The notes: generated by a model not told the origin, from the letters alone. 64,000 nucleotides of DNA from Eledone cirrhosa (GCA_964016885.1 OZ024749.1:27776001-27840000); one strand, 5' to 3'. Counted from the stretch's first letter, positions 41,643 through 55,455 are shown. Translations and numbers: made by a program.

Positions 41643-41862
41643 AGGAACGAGGTATCAATATAACATCATTATGTTTATTACCGTGACGTGTTTCATGATC
41701 GATCAGCTCAACGTACTATCAGATTAGAGAATCCACAAGTCTGATGAGCTATAGATTGCAGAGTAGGGCACGATCAATACAGATCGTACCTTGAGCTGAT
41801 TGATCATGAAACACGCACCAAATGTGAATAAACGTAATGATGCTATATTGATACTTCGTTCC
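41643..41862. repeat. Inverted repeat, arms about 75 bp
   Basis: aggaacgaggtatcaatataacatcattatgtttatt..cgtgtttcatgatcgatcagctcaa and its reverse complement at about 41790-41862. Confidence 0.85.
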
Positions 41863-41912
41863 TACACACAAAATGGATGTTAAATACACACACAAACAAA
41901 ATGTGGCAGATC

Positions 41913-42382
41913 CTTACAGCTAGGTGGCCTGTGGTACCTGTTTTACAGCTAGGTGGATTGTGGTACCAGTTTACAGCTAGGTGGACTGTGGTACCAGTTT
42001 ACAGCTAGGTGGACTGTGGTACCAGTTTACAGCTAGGTGGACTGTGGTACCAGTTTACAGCTAGGTGGACTGTGGTACCAGTTTACAGCTAGGTGGACTG
42101 TGGTACCAGTTTACAGCTAGGTGGACTGTGGTACCAGTTTACAGCTAGGTGGACTGTGGTACCAGTTTACAGCTAGGTGGACTGTGGTACCAGTTTACAG
42201 CTAGGTGGACTGTGGTACCAGTTTACAGATAGGTGGAATGTGGTACTTGTTTTACAGCTAGGTGGAGTGTGGTACCAGTTTACAGCTAGGTGGCCTTTGG
42301 TACCTCTTTATAGCTAGGTGGAGTGTGGTACCTCTTTACAGCTAGGTGGCCTGTGGTACCTGTTTTACAGCTAGATGACCTG
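41913..42382. repeat. Minisatellite, 28-bp unit, about 16 copies
   Basis: Unit cagtttacagctaggtggactgtggtac; perfect in the centre, degenerate at the edges. Confidence 0.95.
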
Positions 42383-43357
42383 TGTAATCAGTAGGCTCTC
42401 ACATATATATATTGTAGCAACAGTGATCAAAACTGACATTTATAGAATTTATAGACAGATTGTAGACATGTTTAAATAAAGGATTGGTGAGGGGGACACC
42501 CCCTCCCACACACACATACACATAACAGATAGACAGACACAGGCATGCAGACATATATACATAGAGACAGACAGACATATATCCACAATATTATCTCAAC
42601 TGACAAACCCATTCAATAATGATTCTTTTGTTTGAACAAGGTACACTAATTATCTATGTTGGCTTAGAGTGATTATATTTATAACTACATATATATATAT
42701 ATATATATGTGTGTATATAATAGTGTGGAAAAATGAATGTTAAATGGTGATGATATATATATATATACATATCATCATCATTCATCATTTCATTTTACGT
42801 CCGCTTTTCCCTGCTTGCAAGGGTGGGACGGGAACTGATTCTGGCTTGATTTCTACAGCTGGATGCCCTTCCTAACACCAACCTCATTTACAGTGAGTGC
42901 TGGGTGCTTTTTTTCCGTGGCGCTTACACGTTCACTTTACAGTGGAATGATAAGGACCCCAGTCCCTATCATCTCATTTCTACAGCTGAGTAAACTGGAG
43001 CAATGTGAAATAAAGTGTCTTGCTCAAGGAAACAACATCACCCGGTCTGAAAATTGAACTCACAACCTTTCGATTATATATATATATATATATATACACA
43101 TATATATGTGTGTATAATAGCGTGGAAAAATGAATGTTAAATGGTGATGATAAATATATATATATATATCAATGATATTAATAAATGGAAACTATATTTA
43201 TAAAACCATATTTATTCTATTATATATATATTTCAAGGGTACCAAAACTTTGGTACGCTCTCATCAGATAAAATACAAAGTGTGTTTTATAAATAGTGAC
43301 ATATCCAGGAATGAGACCTTAACGGTTCAAGTTATATATACACATATAGATACATAT

Positions 43358-43391
<34 letters not shown>

Positions 43392-43920
43392 AAGAGAAAG
43401 AGAGTGAAAGGGAGAGACGTGGCTGTGTGATTAAGGAGTTTACATGGATCTGTGATCACTTCTGCTACACAGCACATGTCCCTTCTGCTATAGCTTGGAG
43501 TTAACTAATGCCCCTCGAGTGGATTTGGGAAGACAGAAACTGTAGAAGCCCAGCGTATGTGTGTGTGTGTATGTATATATATATGTGTGTGCGTGTGTGT
43601 GTTTCCACATGTTTACGTTTGTGCCTGTGATTATGTCAAAAGAGATTGACTAGGGTTGCTTATACACACACACAAGTATGTATACGTACATACATATATG
43701 TATACAGACGTACAGCAGTATGTATATATATATATATACATACATGCACACATATATATATATGTACGTATACATACTTATATTTAAGTAACAGCCGTAC
43801 TAAGAGTGGGAAATGAAATTTCGTTTCATTTTTTCCGTTCACATATATATATAATTATATGTCATCACCATCACCGTTTTATGTCCATTTTCCACACTAG
43901 CATGGGTTAGACGAGAATAT

Positions 43921-43955
<35 letters not shown>

Positions 43956-44370
43956 CATATATATATATAAATGAAAGGTATAGAAAACATTGTAGCAAAA
44001 AGCCAACAGTATTCCATAATATATATATATACATATATACGCACACACTCAGATATACAATGTTTATACAAACACCATTTATTATATTGATTTGTTAGAC
44101 ATGCTTGTGTTGTTGGCTCTCATTGTGGATTGACAGTATCGGTAGAGGGTCGGACGCCATGCTTTGACGCATAGAGTTATGGCCCTTGCCATTCTGAGTT
44201 CGAATCCCACCGAGGTTAACTTTGCCCTTCATCCTTAGGGGGGGGGGGGAATAAAATAAAGTACCATTAATGCACTGGGATAATTATTGGCCTTGTGTCA
44301 ATAGTAGAAACAATTATTTAACTTAATTAATATAGATGTCTTAACAGCGTGTAAAAATATATACTTGTAA

Positions 44371-44418
<48 letters not shown>

Positions 44419-44752
44419 CTTCGTCCAAGTGAGTTTGTTTCCTGATGATTTCGAAGCTCGGAAATTTATCCATCAGATTGTGAGTTTGACTCCCAGACCA
44501 GGCAGTTTCTTAAGTTCTGGAGTTTCACCTGTTTATCACAGGGTCACCAGACAAGAACTCTGGTTTGGCCTAAATAAAATGAATATTAAAACTCTATTTC
44601 GGTATTGAGTACTCTTTTCTCTCAGCCATCAACCACATATATATATACATATATATGCTCTGCGGTTTTATATATTTTATATATATATTATCCTTATCGA
44701 GCCCTCTTCGAATTTTAGTCTTCACATTTATTATTATTACTATATATATATA

Positions 44753-45645
44753 TCATCATCATCGTTTAACGTCCATCTTCCACGCTTGCATGGGTTTGGA
44801 CGGGAGTTTTCACACTTGAGGCAAGAGTGGTTGTCTTGCTCGCATAGGACTGTCTGGCGGGTTTTCTACGGCTGGATGCCCTTCCTAACACCAACCACGT
44901 TTACAGTGTGGACTGGGAGGTTTTTACCGTGTTACCTACACGGCCACATTACAGCGCGGACTGTGTTTTTTTTTGTCGTGACACCTACACGACCTCATTT
45001 GTTTCGGACTGGATGTTGTGGTACCAACATAACTTTACATTGAAAGGGGTGGTGTGGATGGGGTGGGGGTAGTGGGACGGGGTGTATTTTTGTTAGAGAT
45101 GCCTACTGACTGTAGTAGGTTTCACTTTGTACTTAGGTAAGGCGGGTCTTCTGTATTACTGTGTAGCGCCAAAGATCTCGGTCCAGTGACATTGTCTTGG
45201 AGAGGTGTAAATGTGTGAGGTCGGAATTTATCAAGTCGTCCCAGGTTTTTCTGGGTCTGCCTACTCCGCGGCTACCGTCTATTTTTATTGCCCTGCACTT
45301 TTTTATACAGCTGTCTTTCATGCGCATCACGTGACCGTACCAACGTAGCCTTCTCTCGAGTAAACAACATCTGATCCCTCTTATTTCTAATTTTTCCCTT
45401 AGTTCGTTTATGCTTTGCCGTTCACGTATATTACTATGACACATCCAGCGGAGCATGCAAGCTTCGTTCCTCTCCAGTCTGCGTATATCCTCTGCACACA
45501 ATGCCCAGGTCTCACTGCCATGTAACATTGCTGTTCGTATGCATGCATCATACAGCCTGCCTTTCATTTTTAGCTACTGTACTTTCAGAGCACCCTCCCC
45601 CACTGCTGATTTTGTCACCCAGGTAACGGAAGGTGTCCACTTGTA
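44753..45645 (-). mobile_element. 3' fragment of a second RTE-like LINE (RTE-X-like) with 3' UTR and (GAT)n tail
   Basis: ORF 45133-45567 KGRLYDACIRTAMLHGSETW..ERNEACMLRWMC..RLRWYGHVMRM..GRPRKTW; UTR ends ggacgttaaacgatgatg. Confidence 0.88.
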
Positions 45646-45749
45646 TATATATATATGATTTTTGGGCCACTCTTGTACATATGTATATATATATATACAC
45701 ACATACATATATACAAGAGTGGCCCAAAAATCATATATATATATATATA

Positions 45750-45873
45750 CAAGTGGACACCTTCGTTACTTGGGTGACAAAATCAGCAGTGGAGGAGGGT
45801 GCTCTGAAAGTACAGTAGCTAGAGTCAGAACTGGATGGAAAAAGTTCAGAGAGCTTATACCACTATTGAGTAC
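45750..45873 (+). mobile_element. Inverted RT fragment of the RTE-like LINE (FRYLGDKISSGGGCSES..ARVRTGWKKFRELIPLL)
   Basis: YLG motif and W.KFREL motif; inverted copy of 45570-45645 that extends further. Confidence 0.75.
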
Positions 45874-46106
45874 TCTGGTGCGTTATGGTCCATCTGGTTC
45901 CTTACCACACTTCCTTCGTTATATATATATATAATATAGATGAGATTCTACAGGACTAGAACTGTTTCATTCTTTTTCTAGTCCTGTAGAATCTCATCTA
46001 TATTAAAACTTTTATACTCTGCCATGTATTGAGTACCTTACTTACTGTGGTTACCTCCGATTCAACCCGGAATAACGTATATATATATATATATATATAT
46101 ATATAC

Positions 46107-46148
<42 letters not shown>

Positions 46149-47644
46149 CGAAGGAAGTGTGGTAAGGAACCAGATGGACCATAACGCACCAGAGTACTCA
46201 ATACTTAGGGTAGTACAGTGGGTAATAGGAAAATGTTTAACCCTGACGGCAGAGCTAAATCCGTTTCGACGGCTATTTCTGGTTCAGAAATAGCCGTCGA
46301 AATGGCTTGAGCTCTGCCGTCGGGCTTTTTTGTGCTCATAGTTTTTGGTAGTATTAGTATATATATATATATATATATATATAATCCTGTGTCAGTTTTC
46401 CATAGTGAAAAAAGAGAGTGTGTGTAAAGAGCAAGAGAGAGAAAAAGGGAGAGTTTTAAAAGAGAGAGGGAGAGAGAGTGAAAGAGTGAGCATAATTTTA
46501 TGTAAATAACAATATGCACATGCATACAGGGTGTGTGTGTGTGTACTCGTAAATGCTTGTGTGTGTGTATGTAGTGTGTGTGTGTGTGCATGTATGTGTT
46601 GCGTGTGTCTGTATTTGTGATTTAGAACAGGAACTGTCTTTCTTGACATTATCTAAACCACACCTTTTTCTGTGTGTATATTATATATATAAATATATAT
46701 ATATTTACATACTCGCCCAATACTATATACTTGATATATATATATATATTTATTAAAATAACAGATTAAAGTTTAGCAAAGAATCGCTGCTTTCACCCTT
46801 AACAGGATCTTCTGAAACTAACAATATATTTATCCTTATCGAGCCCTCTTTGGATTTTAGTCTTCAAATTTATTATTATTACTTGATATATTTATATATA
46901 TATACTCGCCCAATACTATATACATGATATATATATATACATATATATGTAGATCTGGGGGTAACAACAGTTAAAAGAGGGATTCAATACATTAGTAGAG
47001 TGTAAGCATCATTTGTATATATATATATGTATATATATAGTGTGTGTGTGTGTATGCATGTGTGTATGCATGTGTGGTAGAAATATGCTAATGAAAAGGT
47101 TATGGGCACTCATCAAAGCTGGTACTATAGAATAGTGTATATTGCTTCATGTAGACAGATATATGTAGAAAGCATGCGGCCCAGTGCTAAGGGTGTTGGA
47201 CCCATCATAAGGTCGTGGGTTTGATTTCTTGACTGAGAGGAATGATGTATTCTTGAACAAGACATTTCATTTCACATTCCTTTACATGATAGGACTGGGG
47301 TTTCTATCATCGAAACACCCAGGAAACCTCCTATAGGATGAAATCTCAAAGGAGGCCAGCTAAACCTGCACAAGTGAGCTTTAACAATATGATAGGACTG
47401 GGGCGCCAATCATCAAAACGCACAAGAAAGTTCCTATAAGATGTAACCTCGTATGAGGCCAGCTAAACCTGCACAAGTGTGAGCTGTAATAACAGCATGA
47501 TAGAACTGAGACCCCTATCATTAAAACATCTGAGAAATCCCCCATAATATGTAAGCTTATAGGAAACTAGTTAAACTTACATAGGTGTGTAAACCGTAAA
47601 TTTCATTTCATTTTTGTGTATGTGGAATTATATATATATATATG

Positions 47645-47902
47645 GTGAAGGCACATGGCTGAGTGGTAAGAGAATTGGATTCGCAATCGTGAGGTTGTGA
47701 TTTCGATTCCCAGACCGGGCGATGCGTTATGTCCTTGAGCAAGACACTTTATTTCACGTTCTTCATGCTGCCTGGAGTTGCGACTGACGGATAGTATCAG
47801 CAATTAGAAAGACCAATGGAAACATTGTTTCCTCGGTCCCATTGGACGAGCTCCACCCCACTCGTTAAGCGAGTGAGGTCTGGGATCTTGTCGATCGATC
47901 AG
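47645..47902 (+). mobile_element. tRNA-derived SINE family C (head like family B, different 3' body)
   Basis: Head ggcacatggctgagtggtaag...gtccttgagcaagacactt, then gatagtatcagcaattagaaagaccaatggaaacattgtttcc...gggatcttgtcgatcgat. Related copies 57463-57702(+) and 10620-10750(-). Confidence 0.75.
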
Positions 47903-47958
47903 ATATATATATATATATATATATATATATTCTGTTTCTTCTTTTATTTCTCATTCTA

Positions 47959-47994
47959 TCCTCTGATGAAGGACTAGTGTCTAAAATGATAAGA
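47959..47994 (+). ncRNA. Degenerate minimal hammerhead ribozyme, same repeat family (about 47930-48075)
   Basis: CTGATGA-aggac-tagt-gtct-AAAA-tgata-aga. Confidence 0.5.
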
Positions 47995-50714
47995 CTATTT
48001 TCCTACTATGTCATTTTCTTCTTTGTACTGTATTGTTTGCTTTGTTATTTCGGTTTACTTTTTGCATATATACATTTATACACACACAAACAAGCCTTGA
48101 ACATATTGCACCATTTATATACATTCAATTACAGTTTCGATTATATAGCACCAATTATATACATTCGTTTGCTCAATTTGATAATTATTATACATACATT
48201 TACTTAAGTGAAACAAAATTTACAAATAAAAAATTGGTTTGAAAAACAACAAAATCAACAAATGTGTGAGTGTGTGTCTGTGTCTATGCATGTGTATGTT
48301 GTGTGTGCGTCTATGTGAGTCAATATGTGAGTGTGTGTATATATCTGTGGCTGTTTATGCAACTGTGTATCTATGTGTCATCTGTGCACTATGGTGTGTG
48401 TCTGATGCATGTGTTTCTATGAGTTTATATACATGAGTGTATGTGTGAGTGTGTGGTTTGCAGTATATATGTGTTTGTGACAGAGTGATTATGATTACTA
48501 TCAAGGACTAGGGAACAAACATACATATATACATATATATATATACATACAAACTTGAGCATATAAAAACATATACAAATATATATATACACATTTATAC
48601 ATTCACACACACACACACACATATATATATATACACAGATACACATACAGACATATATAAACATATAAAACAATATGAGTGTGTCTATCAAGAGACAGGG
48701 TTCTAGGGAAGAGACAATAGTATGGCATGTCACCATCATTATATCACCATAGATATTATATCTTACTAAACATACATGCACACACACAGACATATATATA
48801 CACATACATACACACACAGAGACATATATACACACACAGAGACACATACACACACAGACATATATATATATATACACATATACAAGGTTCTAGAGAAGAG
48901 ACATTAGTATAGCATGTCACCGTCAATATTAGATCACCATAGATATATCTTACTAAATATAGATTGATATCCATGTGTTACAACTAACTCACACAGTCTC
49001 TCTCTCTCTCTTATTGCTACATTCTAAACATTAAAACCTATTGAGCCCTTTCATTACTATATCTCTCATGAAAAACACATTAGCTAGGGTTTTAAAGTCA
49101 TTTGGAAAACAGCCAGAAATTTGGTTAGTTATATTACTAAAGTAATATATCTAACTTATTCATTACTAAGTTGCTTTTTGGTTTTAGAACATAATTTAAG
49201 AAAGGGCCTTACATAAAATTATGATGGCAAGTTTTTAGATAGACACATGTTAACCCTTTTGTTACCATATTTCTAATGAAAGACAGCCTATGATTTTAAA
49301 ATATTTAGAAATTTCGTAGGTTATATTACCAAAGTAATATAACTTGTTCATTATTAAGCTGGTATTTGGAATATAACTTAAAGGTTCTTACATAAAATTA
49401 TGATGGCAGGTTTTTTTTAGAAAAATATAAACGATTAAATCCTTTTGTTACCATATTTCTAATGAAAGACACTGCCTATGTTTATAAAATCATTTTGAAA
49501 ATAACCAGGAATTTAGAGAGATTTAGTAATATAATTTGTTTATTATTAATCAGGTGTTTGGAACATAACGTAAACATTCTGAATTCAAATTCTGTCAGGA
49601 TTAACTACGACTTTCATCCCTCCAATGAAATAAACTCAAGTACCAGAAGAATACTGGGGTCATTATATATAACTTTTCTCCTCTCTTTACAAATTGCTGG
49701 CCTTGTGCCTAAGTTAGAAACCATCATTATTACTATTTATTATTATAGAATTGAAGTAAATGGTAGAGCGTCAGACAACATGCTTTGTGGTACATGGATA
49801 CAGCCCTTTACGTTCTGTGTTCAAATCCTGCCAAGGTTAGCTTTGCTTTTTATCCTTACAAGTTGATAACATAAAGTACCAGTAATACACTGGGCTCGAT
49901 TTAATCAACTTTCCCCTTCCCCAAATTGCTGGCCTTGTGCCTAAATCAGAAACCATTATTAAATGACAGACAATATTAAATTTCAGTAAATTAAATATTT
50001 GTTTTTATTTATTTATCTATTTATTCAATTTAAACGTCCGTATAGAGCTAGTAAGCGATGAAATTTATTTAACCAAACCTCAAATAATTCTCAGTCCTTG
50101 TGATGGGAGTACATTACATGTTCTTGTTAGAAATATGATCTAAAAGAATTAAAGAAGAGTTTAAATAGAAGTGTGTGTTGTAATTACAATGAAATATTCT
50201 ACTGTGCTTAGGCCTTTAAACAGCAACCTGTCTAAAACTATCTTTATTAATGTGCTCAAATTTAAATACAAAACCTTCAATAAAAATCTCATTATTACAT
50301 TGACAGTAATCAGTAGTGCGTCGGACAACATGCTTAGCGACATACTGTTATGGCCCTTTACGTTCTGAGTTCAAATTCTGCTGAGGATAGCTTTGCCTTT
50401 CACCCTTACAGGGTCGATAAAATAAAGTACCAGTAATGCACTGGGGCTGATTTAATCGAATTCCCCACCCCCATACTGCTGGCTTTGTGCCTAAATAAAG
50501 TAGAAATCATTATTACATGACAAATGATATTAGTTTTCAGTAATTAAATATTTGTCTTTTTAATTATTATTATTAAGTTGAATATTGAGGGCGGTGGATT
50601 GGACATAGAGTTACGGCCCTTTCCTTACGGGGTCTATAAAATAAAGTACCAGTAATGTACTGGGTAATTGCTGGCCTTGTGCCAAAAGTAGAAACAATTA
50701 TTAAGTTGAATATT

Positions 50715-50856
50715 ACCGTATTTCCCGGCACCAAAGACGCTTCCTCCTCGAGGACACACCCTAATTTTGACAACCAAAAATTTGTCTCCAGGACGCAGGG
50801 TAGATTTTTGAGACTTATTTTAAGAAAAAAGTACTGTCTTCGACGCTGGGAAATAT
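50715..50856. mobile_element. Tigger/pogo-like MITE
   Basis: Imperfect TIRs ccgtatttcccggc..aagacg / gtctt..cgctgggaaata, preceded by TA. Confidence 0.55.
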
Positions 50857-52018
50857 TGCAAGTTATTTAATTAAACCTTTAGTAATTCTTCATTACTTTA
50901 ATTATTAAAATACTATATACCAAGACAGTATATACTTTCATTAGAAGTATAGTGACAAAAGGGTTAAAGATGAGTTTACATAGGAGTGTATGTTCTTGTT
51001 CTTGTAGTAATTAAACCATTAAGACAGTAATGGTATTGCTGTTGTTGTAATAATTAAAACACTAAGGCAGTATATTATTGTTAGAAATATGGTTACAAAA
51101 GGGTTAAGAATGAGTTTAAATAGAGGTGAGGTGTGTGTTGTTGCTGCTGTTGTTATTGTTGTAATATTTAACACAAAGACAGCAGCCTGCTTGAGGAAGG
51201 AACCCCATGAGGTGGGGTGGGGTGGTTGTTGCAGTGGCGGGTGTCTCTGGCCATTCTCCAAGGTAATGCCTTTACCATTTTGTCCGCGGGGTGTGGCTAA
51301 GGTACCGCTCAGACTGGGGGGTAGAGTTTATCACCCCCTGTCCCCTTATTTCATTGCTTGGTTCTTTTTACTTTTTCTTTTTTTTTCATTTCCTTTCTGT
51401 TTTTTTTTTTTGTTCCCTTTAATAGTGTGTGTTTTGTGATAATAGACAATATTATAGATATATGATAAATAGAATAATATAGAAAGCAGTATATACTGTT
51501 AGAAATGTGGTCAGGAAAGGGGTTTAATGGTGTTTAAATAAAGGTTGTATTGTTGTAATTAAAAAAAACATATCAAGGGGACATATATTGTTGTTAGAAA
51601 TATGTTCAGAAAGGGATTTTTGGTAATTTTAATAAGGTGTGGTGTTGCTCTTGTGGTTATTGTAATAACTAAAGCTTAAAGGCAGCATATATTGCTGACA
51701 CAAGTATGGGGAGAAAAGGGATTTAATGGTGTGTTTAAATAGAGGTGTGTTATTGTTGTTGTAATAATTCAAAACACATAAAGGCAGCATATACACTTGT
51801 TAGAAATATGGTGAGAAAAAGGATTTTTGGTGTTGTAATAACTGAAGCTTAATGGTAGCATATATTGTTGAAACAAATATGGTGAGAAAAAGGGTTAATG
51901 GTGTGTTGTTGTTCTTGTTGTTGTAATAACTAAACACTTAAAGACAGCATATATTGTTGTAAGAAATATGGTGACAAAAGGGGTTAAAGAGTAGGAATGG
52001 AGAGAGGGAAGAACTCAC

Positions 52019-52078
52019 CGGGTGCCAAACATCAATTCCCGTCAAATCTATGACTTTACTCAGTAATTCCGAAGCCAT
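52019..52078 (-). CDS. Candidate (alternative) first coding exon of the DOCK-D gene: MASELLSKVIDLTGIDVWHP
   Basis: ATG in tttATGG context, 20 codons of non-repetitive sequence, strong donor CCG|GTGAGT in phase 0, compatible with the phase-0 acceptor at 9435. No homology recognised. Confidence 0.5.
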
Positions 52079-53454
52079 AAATGTGTGGAAAATTATTGAA
52101 GCGTAAAAAAAAAAAACACAAACAAACAACCAAAAACCCAGTAAACTTCAAAGAATACGGTAAGGCGACAGCAGCAGTATTAAGGTAGCAGGTAACATAA
52201 CCAAGGTGACCAATCTATGGTAAATTATAGCCAGGATTCTTTGGGGGTGAGAAAAAAAAAAGCATTTAAAAAAACTGAGAGGTAGGTAAAAACTGAAGGA
52301 AAACAAAAAATACACAGCTTCCACACAACCTGCACAGCTTCCTGGTGTGTGTAGGGGAGACAGAGGGTAGAGAGAGAGAGAGACAGAAGGTAGAGACATA
52401 CAGAGAGAGAGACAGAAGGTAGAGACATACAAAGAGAGAGAAAGAAGGTAGAGACATACAGAGAGAGAGAAAGAAGGTAGAGACATACAGAGAGAGAGAA
52501 AGAGACAAACAGGCAGCGGGTAGAGAGAGAGAAGTGGAAGAAGAGATGGAAGAGGGAGAAGAGAGAGACATACAGAGAAAAGTGGGTAGAGAGAGAGGAG
52601 GGGGAGAGCGAGGGGGGGGGAGAGAGGCAGATAAGGAGGTAAAGACAAAATGAAAGAGAGACAATGAAGGGGTACAGAGAAGGAGAGGGAGATGTGTATG
52701 TGACAGAGTGAGAGGTATGTGAGAGAGTGAGAGTGAGATAGAGAGAGAGTGAGAGAGAGAGATCTTGTGAGCTAACATTCTCTCCCCCTCCTCCTCTAAC
52801 AGGTTGTTCCATATATGGCACTACATTAAGTTACACACACACCACATTAAGAACATACATAGACACACACCACACATGCACACCGCCACATTGACACACA
52901 TCACATTAACGACACACATCACATTAACGACACACCCACCCACACATCGCATTAACGACCCTCACCCATCCACACCACCACCACCACCACATTTACAACA
53001 AATTCATTCACAGCTGGAAAAATCGGAGTCCAATATAATTTTCTCTTTCTCTCTCTCATATATATATATACTTTTCATTTATATATAGTCATCATCATCA
53101 ACATATATATATATATTATATATAGTCATCATCATCAACATATATATATATATTATATATAGTCATCATCATCAACATATATATATATATTATATGAGAA
53201 GCTGAGATAAGAATGAATAAATGACTTAAACACAAGGTTTACTGATGAAGAAAATGAAGAAGAAAGGAGAAGAAGAAGAGAAAGGTGGTAGGAGGGGGGA
53301 GAAAAATCTTGACAACAGAGAGACCATTTATGAGAGTAATTCCTTCTTGGAAATAGACTTGCTACTGTTGCTTACATACAACAACAACAACAGCGGCAAC
53401 ACGAATATATCATTTTAGTTGGCGATACTCTGTAGCTACTATGGCTCACACACA

Positions 53455-54560
53455 ACAACAACAGCAGCAATATCACCAACAACAATATTACCAACAAGAA
53501 CAACACCACCAATATAACCACCAACAACACAATACACTAATCCTAATATCACCACCAATACACATAAAACACCAACATACCACAACACAACACCACCAAT
53601 ATCACCAACAACACAACAACAGCACCACCAACACAACACAACACTAACATCACCACGACACCACAACACAACACAATACAACATCAATATCATCAATACT
53701 ACACAACACAACACCAGAACACCACCACAACACACGACACTAACATCACCACCAATGTCAACAACACAACAACACCACCACAACACACCACACCAACACG
53801 ACAACAATACCAGAACACCGCCAATATCAACACACCACAACACCACACCAACAACACAAAACAACAATATCACCAACACAACTCACCACACAACACTAAC
53901 ACCACCAATATCACCAACACCAACACACCACAACACTAACACCACCAATATCACCAACACACCACAACACTAACACCACCAACATCACCAACACACCACA
54001 CCACAACACTAACACCACCAATATCACCAACACACCACACCACAACACCACCAATATCACCAACACACCACACCACAACACCACCAATATCACCAACACA
54101 CCACACCACAACACAACACAACATTAACACCACAACAACAACATCACCAACACACCACACCACAACAACATCACCAACACACCACACCACAACACGAACA
54201 ACACCAATATCACCAACACACCACACCACAACACCACCAATATCAACAACACACCACACCACAACAACAACATCACCAACACACCACAACAACAACACCA
54301 CCAATATCACCAACACACCACACCACAACACTAACACCACCAATATCAACAACACACCACACCACAACAACATCACCAACACGCCACACCACAACAACAA
54401 CATCACCAACACACCACAACACTAACACCACCAATATCAACAACACACCACACCACAACAACAACATCACCAACACACCACAACACTAACACCACCAATA
54501 TCAACAACACACCACACCACAACAACAACATCACCAATATCAACAACACAATACACCCAC
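53455..54560. repeat. CA/CAA/CAC low-complexity tract (similar tracts at 5840-6560, 22200-22500, 30125-30550)
   Basis: Direct reading. Confidence 0.9.
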
Positions 54561-55424
54561 TTATGTTGGTGGTGGTTCTCCTCCCCGTTTCCCTTTGTCT
54601 GTTGGTTTCTGTGAGAGAGTAGTAGTTGGAGAGAGAGGGTGGGGGAGGGAGTTAATGTACCGATCAGCAGCACTGTGGTAATAATATTGTATTGAACTCG
54701 TGGTTTTATTGATTGACTTTAAAAGCAGACAAACTACACAAGACGGAAGTACAACAACAATAACAATGATAGTGATAATAATAGTAATAACAACAACAAC
54801 AACAATAATAATTGTTTCTACATTTGGCACAAGGCCAGCAATTATTCCAGTGTATTACTGGTACTTTATTTTATCGAAGAGATGATGATGGTGGTGATGA
54901 TGATGGTGATGGTGACAGTGATGATGATGGTAGTGGTGGTGACGGTGGTGATGATGATGGTAATGACGATGATGACGGTGATGATGATGATGATGATGGT
55001 GATGGTGATGATGATGATGATAATGATGACAACGACAATGAAATAACTAAAGTGTATAAATGCCGGAGATTCAAAGAATTAAAAAAACGTTCAGTGTTTG
55101 ATTTGTACTGCCGTGAAACAAACAGGCAGGTGATATTACCATCAAGGAAGGGGGCCGGGGTGAGGCATAGCGAGGTACAGGGTTGTGTGGGGGTAAGGTG
55201 ACAGGGGTAGAGAGAGAGAGAAAGACTTTGTTGATGTAAACATCGGCACTGGGTCAGGTTTCTGCGATTGATTGCAGCTTACTGAACGGAGATGTTATTG
55301 TCATGCTAATACAATTAAAACAAACAGATTAAAAGACTTAATAAATAAATAAATAATTAAATAAATATCCCCCACAATACTCTCAAGAAGAAGAAATAGA
55401 AAAAGAAAGAAAAAGAAAAAGAAA

Positions 55425-55455
<31 letters not shown>

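Noticed and set aside
41913-42382. 28-bp repeats as CRISPR direct repeats
   Set aside because: No spacers; simple head-to-tail minisatellite.
44443-44477. Intact hammerhead (CTGATGA...GAAA)
   Set aside because: Stems I and III cannot be formed convincingly.
53370-53412. Possible first exon MIYSCCRCCCC with GTAAGC donor
   Set aside because: Mostly (TTG)n repeat and the phase is incompatible with the phase-0 acceptor at 9435.
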